A stretch of 64,000 nt of DNA from Phoronis australis. Its lineage: Eukaryota > Animalia > Phoronida. Positions 1 through 11,690 of this stretch are shown one piece after another. The stretch lies in the NCBI GenBank assembly GCA_002633005.1, contig NMRA01000430.1:62001-126000 (forward strand). Direction: 5' to 3'. The position numbers were made by a program, and so were the translations under genes. The notes under the pieces are model-generated. The model had not been told where the DNA came from. It saw only the letters and a list, made by a program, of their open reading frames with translations, and did no database searches. Numbering within the stretch: the stretch's first letter is position 1; each line of letters starts with the position of its first letter.

Positions 1-340
1 TATGACCTGACAATAGCAGTGTTTCCTGGAAAGACGCAGCAATAAATGAATGAAAATCTTTATTGGAGTAAGATGACTGTAGAATACAACGCCACCTGCT
101 TGGCTATTGCCACAGATAGTATGAATTAGTAACTGATACAATCATAATATAACTAAATATCATTGTCATTTTGTCATGCCATAGGATCAATTCTCAGACA
201 GACATGACAGCAACATACAATCACATATATGAATAAACCCCACCATCATCAATGCCAATCTCTTAAGTCAGGAATAATTATCACAATTTTCATCTGCCAA
301 AACACTGACATCTTATTTGCAATCCAGTCATGCATTTCAG

Positions 341-643
341 CCACAACTAGGCAGTATGCCACAACTAGGCAGTATGTCCCAACCAGGCAGTATGACACAA
401 CTAGGCAGTATGTAACAACTAGACAGTATGTCACAACTAGGCAGTATGTCACAACCAGGCAGTATGTCACAACTAGACAGTATGTCACAACCAGGCAGTA
501 TGTCACAACCAGGCAGTATGCCACAACTAGACAGTATGTCACAACTAGGCAGTATGCCACAACCAAGCAGTACGTCACAACCAGGCAGTACGTCACAACC
601 AGGCAGTATGCCACAACCAGGCAGTATGCCACAACAAGGCAGT
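341..643. repeat. 18-bp tandem minisatellite (CACAACYAGGCAGTATGY), about 17 copies, in an MFSD8 intron
   Basis: Unit visible directly; explains the TTRQYV / YCLVV / MSQPGS repeat ORFs. Confidence 0.95.
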
Positions 644-1595
644 GGGTCACATCATCAAAAGCCTTTAGCTCCAACCATTACATCTATTTAGTGAATATTC
701 CAGATGAGAGCAGTCTTCAGTTGTAGACATGTATCCGGTCAATTGTCTAGTGTTTCAAGCAGTCTTTTGTCCAGCGTCTCGCACAGGTTGATAAAGTATC
801 AAAGGAAGGCATAAGAGGATTGGAAAGAGTGTACAGAACAGGATAAAAATAACAAGTACGGTAAACAGTTAAGGACACAACATGGCAGAATTTTACATTG
901 CTGTTATCACAACTTGCCTGGTTCAACAGAAAGTCACAAACAGTTGGAAAAGTGTTTAGCTTTTACAGCAAGGTAATAAGCTTTAAAAATTATTGTTCCT
1001 GCTCAGTTGTCATATATTACAGTGTTCTGTTGTTCAGTAACTTTTCCAGATGTGAGGGGTGCTGAACGTTCAATAACATCTGGCTCCTTTGTTAACTGCC
1101 CAGCTCAGTCTTTTGTCCCATATGATAACAAGCAGGCCAATTATCTCCCAGGCTTCAATGGAAACGTATGGTGGTTGCACGCTATTACCGAAAGCCTAAT
1201 ATGAACACAGTCAAACCCAGTGCTTCCGTTTGGGCAGAATAGATTGTCTTAACTTCTGTTGTAGTTGGGCGATTTTGGTGATTCATAAACGGAACATGAT
1301 CAGCATTTGACGTGGAATTCAGAAAGGCTATTGGTTTAAGCTCAAATATGTAATAACTTAACTTTCATTTTTATCAGCCCAGCCCAGTGAGTCTACATAC
1401 GATCTGATCGGAGATTAGAGCAATTATCGAACAAAAGAGCACAGGCCCTCCAACCATAAATGCCAGAATGGAGTTAATCAGTCGTGCAAGATATTGGCTA
1501 TGGGGGTAAACTTCCCAACTTATTGTTGGGCTATAGAATCGAACAAGTTGGGAGCAACGGGATGTCGTCGTCATGAGAAATGTCATGACACCTAC

Positions 1596-1845
1596 CAGCG
1601 CTAACCCCAATCAGCGTGCGTGCTACAACCATCATCCATTTGCTGACTTGTACATCAGAGAAGTCTTGTAGGTAGGCATATAGAAGATTGGAAAATACAC
1701 TGATGACCAAGGATACGACTATAGGCAGACCAGTCTTGTGGATCTTGTTGGACCACCAACCAAATAATGGTGAGGCAACAAACTGACCAAAACTGTAAGA
1801 GGCCACAACCCAGCCCAAAAAGTCTGTCGTTGCAAATTTGTCCAG
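1596..1845 (-). CDS. MFSD8: MFSD8/CLN7 lysosomal MFS protein, coding exon 3 (gene continues past the window start)
   Basis: Acceptor ttcttatag, then LDKFATTDFLGWVVASYSFGQFVASPLFGWWSNK...WMMVVARTLIGVSAG, then donor gtaggt. 250 nt, phase 0/1. Matches the MFSD8 FLGWVxASYSxGQxVASPxFGxWSN motif. Confidence 0.93.
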
Positions 1846-3068
1846 CTATAAGAAAAAATACAAGCAATTTTACTTTAAACCAAAACTGAGGCTTAAAGAC
1901 AGGTTTTACTGTTCACGTATTTTGTTAGATAGTTAATTCTATTTTAGACATAAGCACACACAACCGTGAAGGACAGATGCACTATAGTAGTTTTATGCCA
2001 TGACTGGTTTCTTTTTTTGGTGGTATCAGCACATTGACATTGTATACCTCTGTGTCAAGTTTCGTTGAAAACCATTAATTGGAAACCTTTCCCCCCAAAA
2101 GTACTGAAAACCCATGCCTCCCCTGACCCCAGGTGGTGGGTAACGTTGAAAAGTAGCACAAACCGTTGTAGTGATGCCCTACACCCTTGTGCCAAATTTT
2201 ATTAAAATCCAAACAGGGTTTTTTAAGATATTGGGTGGACAACCAGACACGATGACAACAATCCGTGACCACACTTACATGACATTGTGTATGTACATAA
2301 AAAAACACCGACATATTGAGTCAGTGATTAAAACTCATGTTCAGTTGCCACTAACACCCCATCAGGAAGTGACTGTGGATGATTTGCCGGAAATTGATGT
2401 GGGTGGGCACTTGTTTTTCCTTAAGTAGCGAAGCATAGGTTTGAAATGGATGCAAACCAGAATGTACTATGGTTTTACGTTGAAATTCTAGAATTTGGGA
2501 CAGTAATAATTGCCAAACATTACAGATTTTTACCAAATTTTGTTTGTTGAATGAAGGTTACTTTTTGGAAGAAATTCGATAAAATGAATCTCCATTGCTT
2601 CACATTGAAGTCACAACAGTTTTCTCAAAATTTTCCAGACATCTTGTTTTCTTATGTGAGTAAGCAAACTTTCAGAAAATAAAAAATTCAAATTAAGAAT
2701 TTAGTTGAAATTTCCAATTTTAGTATTTTGAAAAAATATCATGTTGATAGTATAATCATTTCGACAGAATTAGGTTAGACAATCAACAAAATTTTGTTCT
2801 GTGATGCTTTCACCCGCGCCTGACTCCGTCCACGAAAAACAACTTTTGATGTCGGCCAGTAAAAATGATTTCTAGGATTGAGAAGAACTGAGAGGTGATT
2901 ATTGCTTCAGACCAGTGCTTTGGAAGAGCAAATACGTCTGTTATGAAAATTATTTTAAATAATGCAAGAACTGCATTTTTAAACAAAATTGGTCAATTTT
3001 TTAGCAAGGAGTAAACTGCCCACTAGCACAACACACACATTGCTGACAGATTGTAAAACACAACGTAC

Positions 3069-3228
3069 ACGCTGCAAGTAAGGCCAAACTGAGGTTACGC
3101 AGATCGAAAATGATACACAGCTGAGGAACATTGTTCCGTACATGACACGGATGGAGCGCCACCTGGAGCCATAGACATCTGGAGGTTCTTTTATGCAACT
3201 CTCTATACTACCACCACTGTGTTCAATC
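3069..3228 (-). CDS. MFSD8: MFSD8 coding exon 2
   Basis: Acceptor ccttttcag, then IEHSGG...[35 protein letters not shown], then donor gtacgt. SRWRSIRxxYxTMFLS...WPYLQ is characteristic of MFSD8. Phases 2/0 fit both neighbours. Confidence 0.95.
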
Positions 3229-5763
3229 CTGAAAAGGAAAAACAGAATGAGATGAGTTTCCACAGGGCTATCTGTTTTAATCTCTGTATAAAGATACATA
3301 ATTAACACAAAATTAACTTTCTGAAAGAATAGTTGATATACTGCAAGCAACAGTATAATGAGATCTAAAAGGTTAAGCCTAATTAACAGTAGAGGGGGGC
3401 TCGAAGGGTTACGTGTAGGAATGTGTCACAACTATATTAACTGTCCAGGCCTCAAATGCTGTTTAGAGATGGTCGACATGGGGTGGATATTATGCTCTCT
3501 TACGAATTATATAGGGCGAGCATATTTTGGATTTGAGGTGGTATATGTCTCAGGATTGACTGGGGTCCTCCAGTTGTAATCTGCCAAGTCCAGACAAACA
3601 AAGTGTTAGTTTCAGACTGGAATTTCATGGTATGCCATGAGCACAGCTAATTTTATTTGTATGCTTGGGTACTGCATAGATGTCAACATTTGAAAATGAA
3701 AAAGCAACTGGCTCTTAAAAATGCGGAACCCTGTAGTGACTGTTGAAATCAAAACACATTTAGGTTTATTTCAAGGCAACAGAAGGTTAACAAAAACACG
3801 GACCAAGAAAACTATCAACGATTTCCATGAACTGACAAATAGCATTTCTGTTAAACCAAGTTGCTTAAAATATTATTTATTTTTAAAATTAAACTAAAAT
3901 TTAAAATTGAGTATGGGATAAATTTTTAACATTATATACAAATACATTCATTATTTTCTTAAAATTGTATTTTTCTTTTAATAAAAAGAGACTGAAATAA
4001 AAGTGTCACTGTTTTAAATATTTTTAAAATTTAAAAATGAACTTAACGGATGTTCTTTAAAACAAAAAATTCAATTAGGATGTTCTTCAAATTTAAATTG
4101 TATCTGAGTTCCACTGAAGTTTGTTAACCAATTAACTAATAAGGTGGATTTTTGTTCTTTGTAGTATGGTGTACAGTTTCTGATTACAGAAACACGTACA
4201 GAACATGAGAAGCAGAAAAATTATTCAATAATTGATGAATTAAGAAATTCTTTGAAATATGCATTTTGGGATTGAAGGATGTAACTAGTCTGAAATTGAC
4301 ATGTAAGGTAAGTGAAAGCAGTTCTATGTGAAGCCTGCTCTTTGTGTGCAACTGTCCCAGTTGGACTGTATAACTTAACAAAGCTTAACAAAGGGTTTAT
4401 GGTCCTGGATGGAAAGATCATTGTTTTTGCACCCTGTGAATTTTGAATAGTTGAGCCTAGAATGTGGAAAGTTTGACATTTTGTTGATATCAAAATTCAT
4501 TTTATACATTTTTCTTACCAATAGCAATTGGTAATTTTTCAAAGACATTGTTCATTCAGATTTCAAAATACCCTTAATCTAATTTTGCTTTGGGGTCAAA
4601 GGTAAACTCTTGTCACAAGCCCAAAACTGAATTTAACAACTTGCAGTAGTCTCTTAATATTACATTTAATACAACAGTTCATGCTGTGGCTTTTATTTTA
4701 AGTTGTTCAGCTGCATGTTATACATGTACTTGTAAATCTATTTTTAGAGAATCAACGGACCATAGCTCTGCTACAAAACCAGGTCTTTAAACATGTCAAC
4801 AAATTTGTGTTGAAATGTTAAATTATTCAACTGAAGCCCCAATACCTACCATTCTCTTGGAGTGAAAAAATCAAGATATTTCCACTATCACCATCAAATC
4901 TAGAATCAAGCTCAGTTAAACTTGTTCAACAAGCCTTTTGTGTTGTTACACAATACTGTGCTGCAAAGTTAAGCTGGTCAGAGCTTAGTCACACAAAGGA
5001 ATCAACAGGTGAAAGTTAAGTCTAATTTCTCTGAAAGTCAACCATTTTTCTCCATTTGAAGTTTTTTGGTGAAAGTATTTCATACAAAACACGTCTGCTT
5101 CACAACATTTAGTGTTGAAAGTCATTTGCAAATGGTAATTTTAAATATCGGATAGCGTCAGGTGCACTCTTTACAAAATAAATGCTGAATACGTGATTTT
5201 ATTTCAGATGAAAGCAGACAATAAGAAAACTGGACTATGTAAACACTGGTTTGCCACTGTCAAACTGATAACGAGACACTTGGCGGCATCCCCCACTGGT
5301 CAACCAGTCCATCGGGATACTCATTCCACTGCACCGCTGCATAACACAAAGTGCTGAAAAAAGGCTGCCAGGCTTTAAATTTTAAATAACTGATCCACAG
5401 CCATTCAATATATTTCACAAAATTCAAAAAGTAGGCCTTAATGCAAACTGCAAGTAAAAATCTATTATTATTGTCATGAAACTGTTTAAAACTCAAACTA
5501 GTTAATTAGCTAGCTAATTACATAATTGGCTTAAACTTGGAAGGAATTAAATCCATGATGGTGAAGCGAACCTGGAGACACATGAAGAATGTGTCCCACG
5601 TGTCCCATGGGCACATGTTTGAGAATAAAAATATTTCAGATTTTCGGCAGGGGACGGGGACTTTATGCCATGGTGTTTTTTAATACTTTTATAGGCGCCA
5701 CTTCGGCCGCTGACTTGACGTGTCGGGCTGGCGCACCATTGCTCATGTTAAATAATCAATTAC

Positions 5764-5825
5764 CCAGACGCCACAGGCAAAAGTTTTGCCTTTTCATCCG
5801 AGTCCTTCTCTGACCAAGTGTCCAT
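5764..5825 (-). CDS. MFSD8: MFSD8 first coding exon, MDTWSEKDSDEKAKLLPVASG
   Basis: ATG at 5825-5823, donor GG|gtaatt. Phase 2 joins exon 2 in frame. Contains the acidic dileucine EKAKLL ([DE]xxxL[LI]) expected of MFSD8. Too short for the ORF track. Confidence 0.85.
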
Positions 5826-6300
5826 GATACCCTGATGTCCAGCTCCGCGTTATTCGCCTCTGTCCTGCACAACACAGTTACTTGCAGCGGTCAAGTCAAG
5901 TGAACTTTGAGTTCACTGTATATCACGTGTCTATGCATAGGCTACTCCCTCTGTGGGTACTGAGCGGAACTGTGTTTATGTCAACGTTTGTCAATACCCT
6001 TATATAGATTCGTTATCGTAAACTGGCGCTTGTTTTTGCTGATATTAACTTGTTTATTTCAAACGCCCCGACTTTAAATAGGCCTAATCTTTACTTCACT
6101 TCACTGCCACCTCTCCTAGCAAATGGGAAAGAATGTACAATTTTGAAATTCCCTCTCCACTAGACGGCGCTGTGAAAGAAACGTGATTGCCAGGCTCGAA
6201 AACGTTTAACGTTTTCCAAATTTCAGGGTTTCTGGCTAAAATTTCCAGAAGCTTCGAGTCAAGGTTTGTATATCACATACGTCATTACGTATATATTACA
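5826..6300. promoter_or_regulatory. Putative MFSD8 5'UTR/promoter region, possibly bidirectional
   Basis: Relatively CpG-rich. E-box TCACGTG at 5923-5929, CTCF-like CCACTAGACGGCGC at 6157-6170, heat-shock-element-like TTCcaGAAgcTTC at 6243-6255. Confidence 0.45.
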
Positions 6301-9147
6301 GTTTTATTATTAGGAGCAACTGATAAGACGTTTGAAAACCGATGACAGTTGTGTTGAAACTGCTTTTCGAGCTTGTTAATTTTAATCATTAATGTCAGCG
6401 TGAAAATTCTTGTATTCGCCTTCGGCCGTAAAATTGGCACTGGTCGGATATAGTGGTCCCTGATTTTGAGAACCGGGCGATATATCTGACCATTGCTGTA
6501 AACTTAACCCGGCCAGCCAGCGAGCTGCAACACATAGCCCCTCGGAGGCTCGGTTGGCAGGTCGGTTAGTTTAATAGTGTGGCATTTCGCGATGTAGCCT
6601 ACATGAAGATTAATTCAATACAATAGGCCTTCATGATCTCTAATAACCACTGCATGTTACCTTCACATAGACCTTGAAATTTCACACCAGCTGGATAGTT
6701 CTGCATGTCATATCCAGCTCCCTGATTGACATGTAGAGCTAACGATCAGTACCCAGCAGCAGGGGTATGCAAAATCTGGGACTGGGAATGTGAGTCAACT
6801 GACATTCACCTTGCCCGATAGCCTACAGCTGTTTAAGTGCACAATCTAATCGATGTATTTTTCTTGTGCCAGTCTCTGGCTTTTGTAACAAAGAAATGTT
6901 CATCGCTGACTTGGGAATATTACACTTGTGACGCGCACAACTTGCTAAATTTTTTTACGATACATCTTTTGCTGAAGTAAAATTTTCTAAGAAATTCAGT
7001 TTGCCTGTAAAATATACGAACTGAAACCAATTCCAGTAATTTTGTGTTAACACACAATCTTGGTGAAAAAAGAAGTTGGCCAATAGGTGCCACTGTGCGG
7101 TTCTTTCAGTTTCATGACGCTAAAGTCTGATGCATGTTATTGTTTCACAAATTTAGCAGTAGAAAAACTGTAGAATGGCAATTTTTAGTAGGGGTTTGCA
7201 CCAAGGCTACCAAACAGCTAGGCAACACATAGCTCCTGGGCTGGCTATGCAGAGACTACAGTCCTTAATACTATAAACAAAGTGAAACTAATTGCGGTAA
7301 TTGTTGTGAACTGCATGCATCCTTGTTTTAGAAGAACAATTGATTGAAGAATTGTCAAAAAAGAAATTGGTCAATAGTTGATGCTCTATTTCATGACACT
7401 GAATGCAGTCGCATTTTACTACAACTCTACAAATTTAACTGCAAAATAACGGTACAATGGTATTTTTTCGCACTTTTAATCTATTTTCTTTATTTAAGGA
7501 AGACTGTACTTTTTAATAACATTAATTTTTGGTCCGATTTTATTTTGCCAGTTTTTTTACCCAAATCAGTCTAAAAGTGATCCCACGTTTACATCCGTAT
7601 GTTAATTTAAATCAAGTTCACATGTGTCCAGTGTATATTTGCATGTGTGAAAACTTACATAATTTACAAATCGCAGAAAGTGGTGTAAATATTCGCTCAG
7701 GTGTAGCTAAGTACACCGAGTGTATTTGTGTCTACTTAACAAGAATACGCATCGTAAGAAGAATTACACCCTTGCGTAAACATCATCATGTAAACAGGCT
7801 TCAGTCACGCTCTTTTGACAACGCGGAAAAAAATTGTTGGTACAGGAAGAAGTTTGAAGAATTTCGCATCTTTTGGGTCACAGTGACTCATTTGGCAACA
7901 TATAAAGTCCACGAATAGCTGCTAAAACACGAGCGCTTTGGTTGGTGAAATGAAGCTTTAACTACATTTTCACCAATATGTAAATTTTTTGATTTAAAGC
8001 ACACATTTGTTTGTTTGTTTATTGTCTCTCTTTTTAGTTCTTTGACTTTCTTAAAGGTTTTCTAACATTTGTTTATTAAGTAATGGTTCACTGACGTGGA
8101 AACAGAAGATACAAATCGCTCACTTCTGTTACCGATTTTTTTGTTTTATATATCCAAAATAAAACTTTTTGTAACTTTGGCAATTACCAAAAAGGCGGGC
8201 TTTCTCATTTTCATTCACCATTGACATTGTGTCTTGCTTCTTGTCATCTGTCAGCTCCTGCATCCTACAGTGCTGTGTGCCAGTAAGCAATGGCAGTGTC
8301 AACAGTGCACTCAACATTTTTTCTGGTTTCGAACTTGAAAAACGGGTCTTGGCATCCCCAACAGTCTGCTCCACACTTGCACCAGTTGAATTCATTGTGC
8401 AACACTTATTCCCCTTCCCAGTCAGAAGAATGTCCCTACTTCTGCGTGTGATTGACCGCATGTGAATTTACGCAACTAGGCCTTTTATATTCTGCTAGGC
8501 GTGCCATGAGGAGGCAGTTTGATTCACCAATGTATGCTGCATCACTGTCTCTGCATCCGATTTAATTCATTATGAGGTTTCTCTGAAAAACTGAGGGAGT
8601 CCTTGGGGTGAGAACAAAATTTCACGTTAGGTGTGTGATCTGGTTCAAAATAACAATGCATGCCATTATCGTTTCTCAGTACAACATGCAGTGTTGAGAC
8701 AAACAATAAGACGTTATTAATTTTGCAGACAGTCTTTTTTGTATTACCCGATGACAACTTAGATAATTTTATGTTTTGTCCTCTGTGACACACAGCTAGC
8801 AATAAGCTCTAAGTCAGGACATGTCTTTGAGGGAGATAATCTCATCATTGCTTTCCATGAGGCTGTTCATAGCACAGCACATTCACTCTATGAAAGTGCT
8901 CATAGCATAACGCATTTGCGACATACTCCATTTCATGTGACTTTGTGGTATCAGTTCAGTATCGATAGATTTCCCAGAAGGCAAAAGTACTGTAGTACAA
9001 GACAGGTAGCACCAAATTACCATTTCCGCTCGTTTCAATTTGACATAATGGATTCTGTGATAAGTTGCACCTGCTCCTGAATGTAGTTTCATTGACTTGA
9101 AAGTATGACACTTAGAATCATTGAGGACTCGGATTTTCCAATGAATA

Positions 9148-10625
9148 CCATATTCGCCCTAATAAGCGTCCGGACACTTAGAAAAATTCGCTTCACGGGG
9201 GGAGGATGCTTATTGTAACCTAAGGCGGTTCAAACCCGGTCTCCAAAACGGGTGAAATGGGAAGCTAGGATTCATCAGATTTATGCTCTTGTCATGTATC
9301 TGTAACCTATGACAGACTTTCTACAAAACTCTGGTACATTGCTATCAAACTTCATTATTAAATTAGATCGTTGTACAGAAATTTGTGCTGAAATCCCAGG
9401 GCAAAAACTTGCTGATGTGTCACTGCCTCATGATCTTCGATATGGCAACTTGAGTAAAAATACATTTTGGCTTTACAAATTACTTGAAATCCTCACTGAA
9501 GTTTCCAAATAGGATTCTTAAGTTACTTTGAAGTCGGGATTAACAGCAGCTTAAGTCCAAGTCTGCGCAAGATTGTACCCGCAACACATGAAAAATCTCT
9601 AGACAAACACGTGTTCACGCGATGTTTATTTTGAAAGACGTCGGTGTGTGTGTGAGTGAGCGCGTGCTCATCATCAGTGTGCATTTGCCAGGGTAAGGAT
9701 TTAGGTGGGTATGTAACTAAGGAAATTAACATATCTGTATGCATTAAAGCAGAACGTGTTCTATTTAGCACTTGCTGGTCTCATCTACTATTAAAATCTT
9801 TGAGATTGTCTTGGAAAGGCCGAATATACTAATGGCATTTAGTCCCCGGGTGACTGGGTGCATGACAGTCTGACAGTTATTTAGTTCTAAGAGGTCCTGG
9901 TGTAAGGGTGTGGAGGTGTTCACTATCAGTGCGTAATTTTATAAGATATTTGACTTAAAGAACACCAATCTTGATTAATTAAATACTTCCTCTTAAAAAC
10001 TACACAAACGTTTTTACAGTATTAGAAATTTGTGCTAAAATTTATTTCTTGCCGATGCTATGCAAACTGTTGTTTCATGAATATATTGTTTTCGAATACT
10101 AATGTCTGTCATAACAGGTACGTAGGGAACGCTTCTTGGCGATGTGCTTTTACACCAATTTATTATTTGTGAGACAGTCGTCAGCTGACTGGCATGCTTC
10201 GATTCGCGGTCTTCACATCTACTAAGAAATTTGGAATCCTGTTGAGATTAAATAAAACAATTCCTCTTAAAATTAACGCAAAATTCAATCCCGTTGACAA
10301 GCACAGTTTGTCTGTTCTGAAAGGCCAGACCAGCATAGTGGGACACATTCATTGTGAGATCAGCAAAACTTAAGTTCTTTTTGAAGCAAGGCGCGTTTAG
10401 ATACTGATACAGCAGTGAGGCTGGTGGTCTAAAATTCCACGCACAATTTTTTCAGGACTGCCGTATCTTGTTGATAAATTGATGACATTACTATAGAATT
10501 TTAAGTCTGTAGGTAAGTCATTTTTTGCATGTACACATTCATAGGTTGGGTGCTTATTTCAGCAAAGTCTGAAAACGCGTAGGGGGCGCTTATAGGGGTA
10601 TGGGGGCTTATTAGGGCAAATACGG
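9148..10625. mobile_element. Non-autonomous Tc1/mariner/pogo-type DNA transposon (about 1.48 kb)
   Basis: Terminal inverted repeats CCATATTCGCCCTAATAAGC / GCTTATTAGGGCAAATACGG with TA on both flanks; no transposase ORF inside. Confidence 0.7.
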
Positions 10626-11341
10626 TAGGTGATCTTTTGTCTATAAAATAATGTTTTCAACATTTTGTTCAATCCCACTTCTGGAGAATAGGCCATTTAT
10701 TGTAAGATTTCTAAAATGGACTTGTTAAGGGTAGCATTCTCTTACAGTACTTTTTGATTGTATTATCAAAGATGCAAAAAGGTGAGGAAAGGAGCCAGTT
10801 GTGAGAAGCCTGTTTAGACTATCATGCAAATGAGGCGACCTCTTGCTGGAAAGTCTTGATGTACGAGAAACATTTCATCGGTGCTGGACCTGCAATACTA
10901 TATAAGTGTGGCAATGTGCCGTCGCATGTGGTCCAGTCGCCACATGCAGTACTTGAAATATTTTTGAGGTGAAATGGGAATTCAAAAACATATGGTGCTT
11001 TAAGGAACCTAGAATGTCAACTGCATAAAGCAAGGGTAGTCTTGTAAATGAGCAGTGGTGTTTAGAAGTGAAAATTAGGTGACAAGCATCAAACATTTTT
11101 TACTGCTTTATGAGATTTGACACTTTCACAAGGAAGGATAACTTTTAAGAATCAGTCACTTTTTTATTGCCCTCTGGGCTTGATTGAAACTTGTGTAGGT
11201 GAAGTTGTACCCCCTGATCTAGTTACCAGCATTATGAATTTGTTTGAAATCAGTTGAATTAAAAAAAAATAATGTATTCATATCATGTTTAAAAACTTCT
11301 TGTCTGTGGATGGCTACCAGTATTGAAACTTCTTTGGATTA

Positions 11342-11690
11342 TTTTTATGCGCCCACATATTTATATGTGGACGCATTATGCCGTCATCTCTGTCCCTCCG
11401 TCCGTCCGTCCGGGCGGCGTCCGGCGTCCGCTGCTCTATCTCCAAAACCCTTTGACATACGTTCATGAAATTTGGCACATATGTTCCATTCATGAATGGC
11501 ACGGCATGTGCGAACATTTGGACGGATCCGACTACCGGTGTGCCCCCTAGTGGCAATTTTAGTTTTTTACGCTTACCTTTGTATCTTCAAAAGTCCTGAA
11601 TGGATTTTCATGAAATTTGGTATGTAGGCACGTATTAGTGAGATGACGCTATCCTGCCGTTTTCAGATGGATTCGNATATGCACACTATT
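11342..11690 (+). mobile_element. Helentron-associated (DINE-1/HINE-like) non-autonomous element fragment
   Basis: T-run start, hairpin GCGCCCACATAT..ATATGTGGACGC, (CCGT)n microsatellite, then repeated 'ttcatgaaatttgg' modules. Related modules occur at about 2040-2290, 19370-20200 and 48870-48960. Family assignment is inferred from structure. Confidence 0.5.

Noticed and set aside
229-726. 165-aa TTRQYV-repeat ORF and its overlapping frames
   Set aside because: Product of a stop-free 18-bp intronic minisatellite open in several frames; no exon context.
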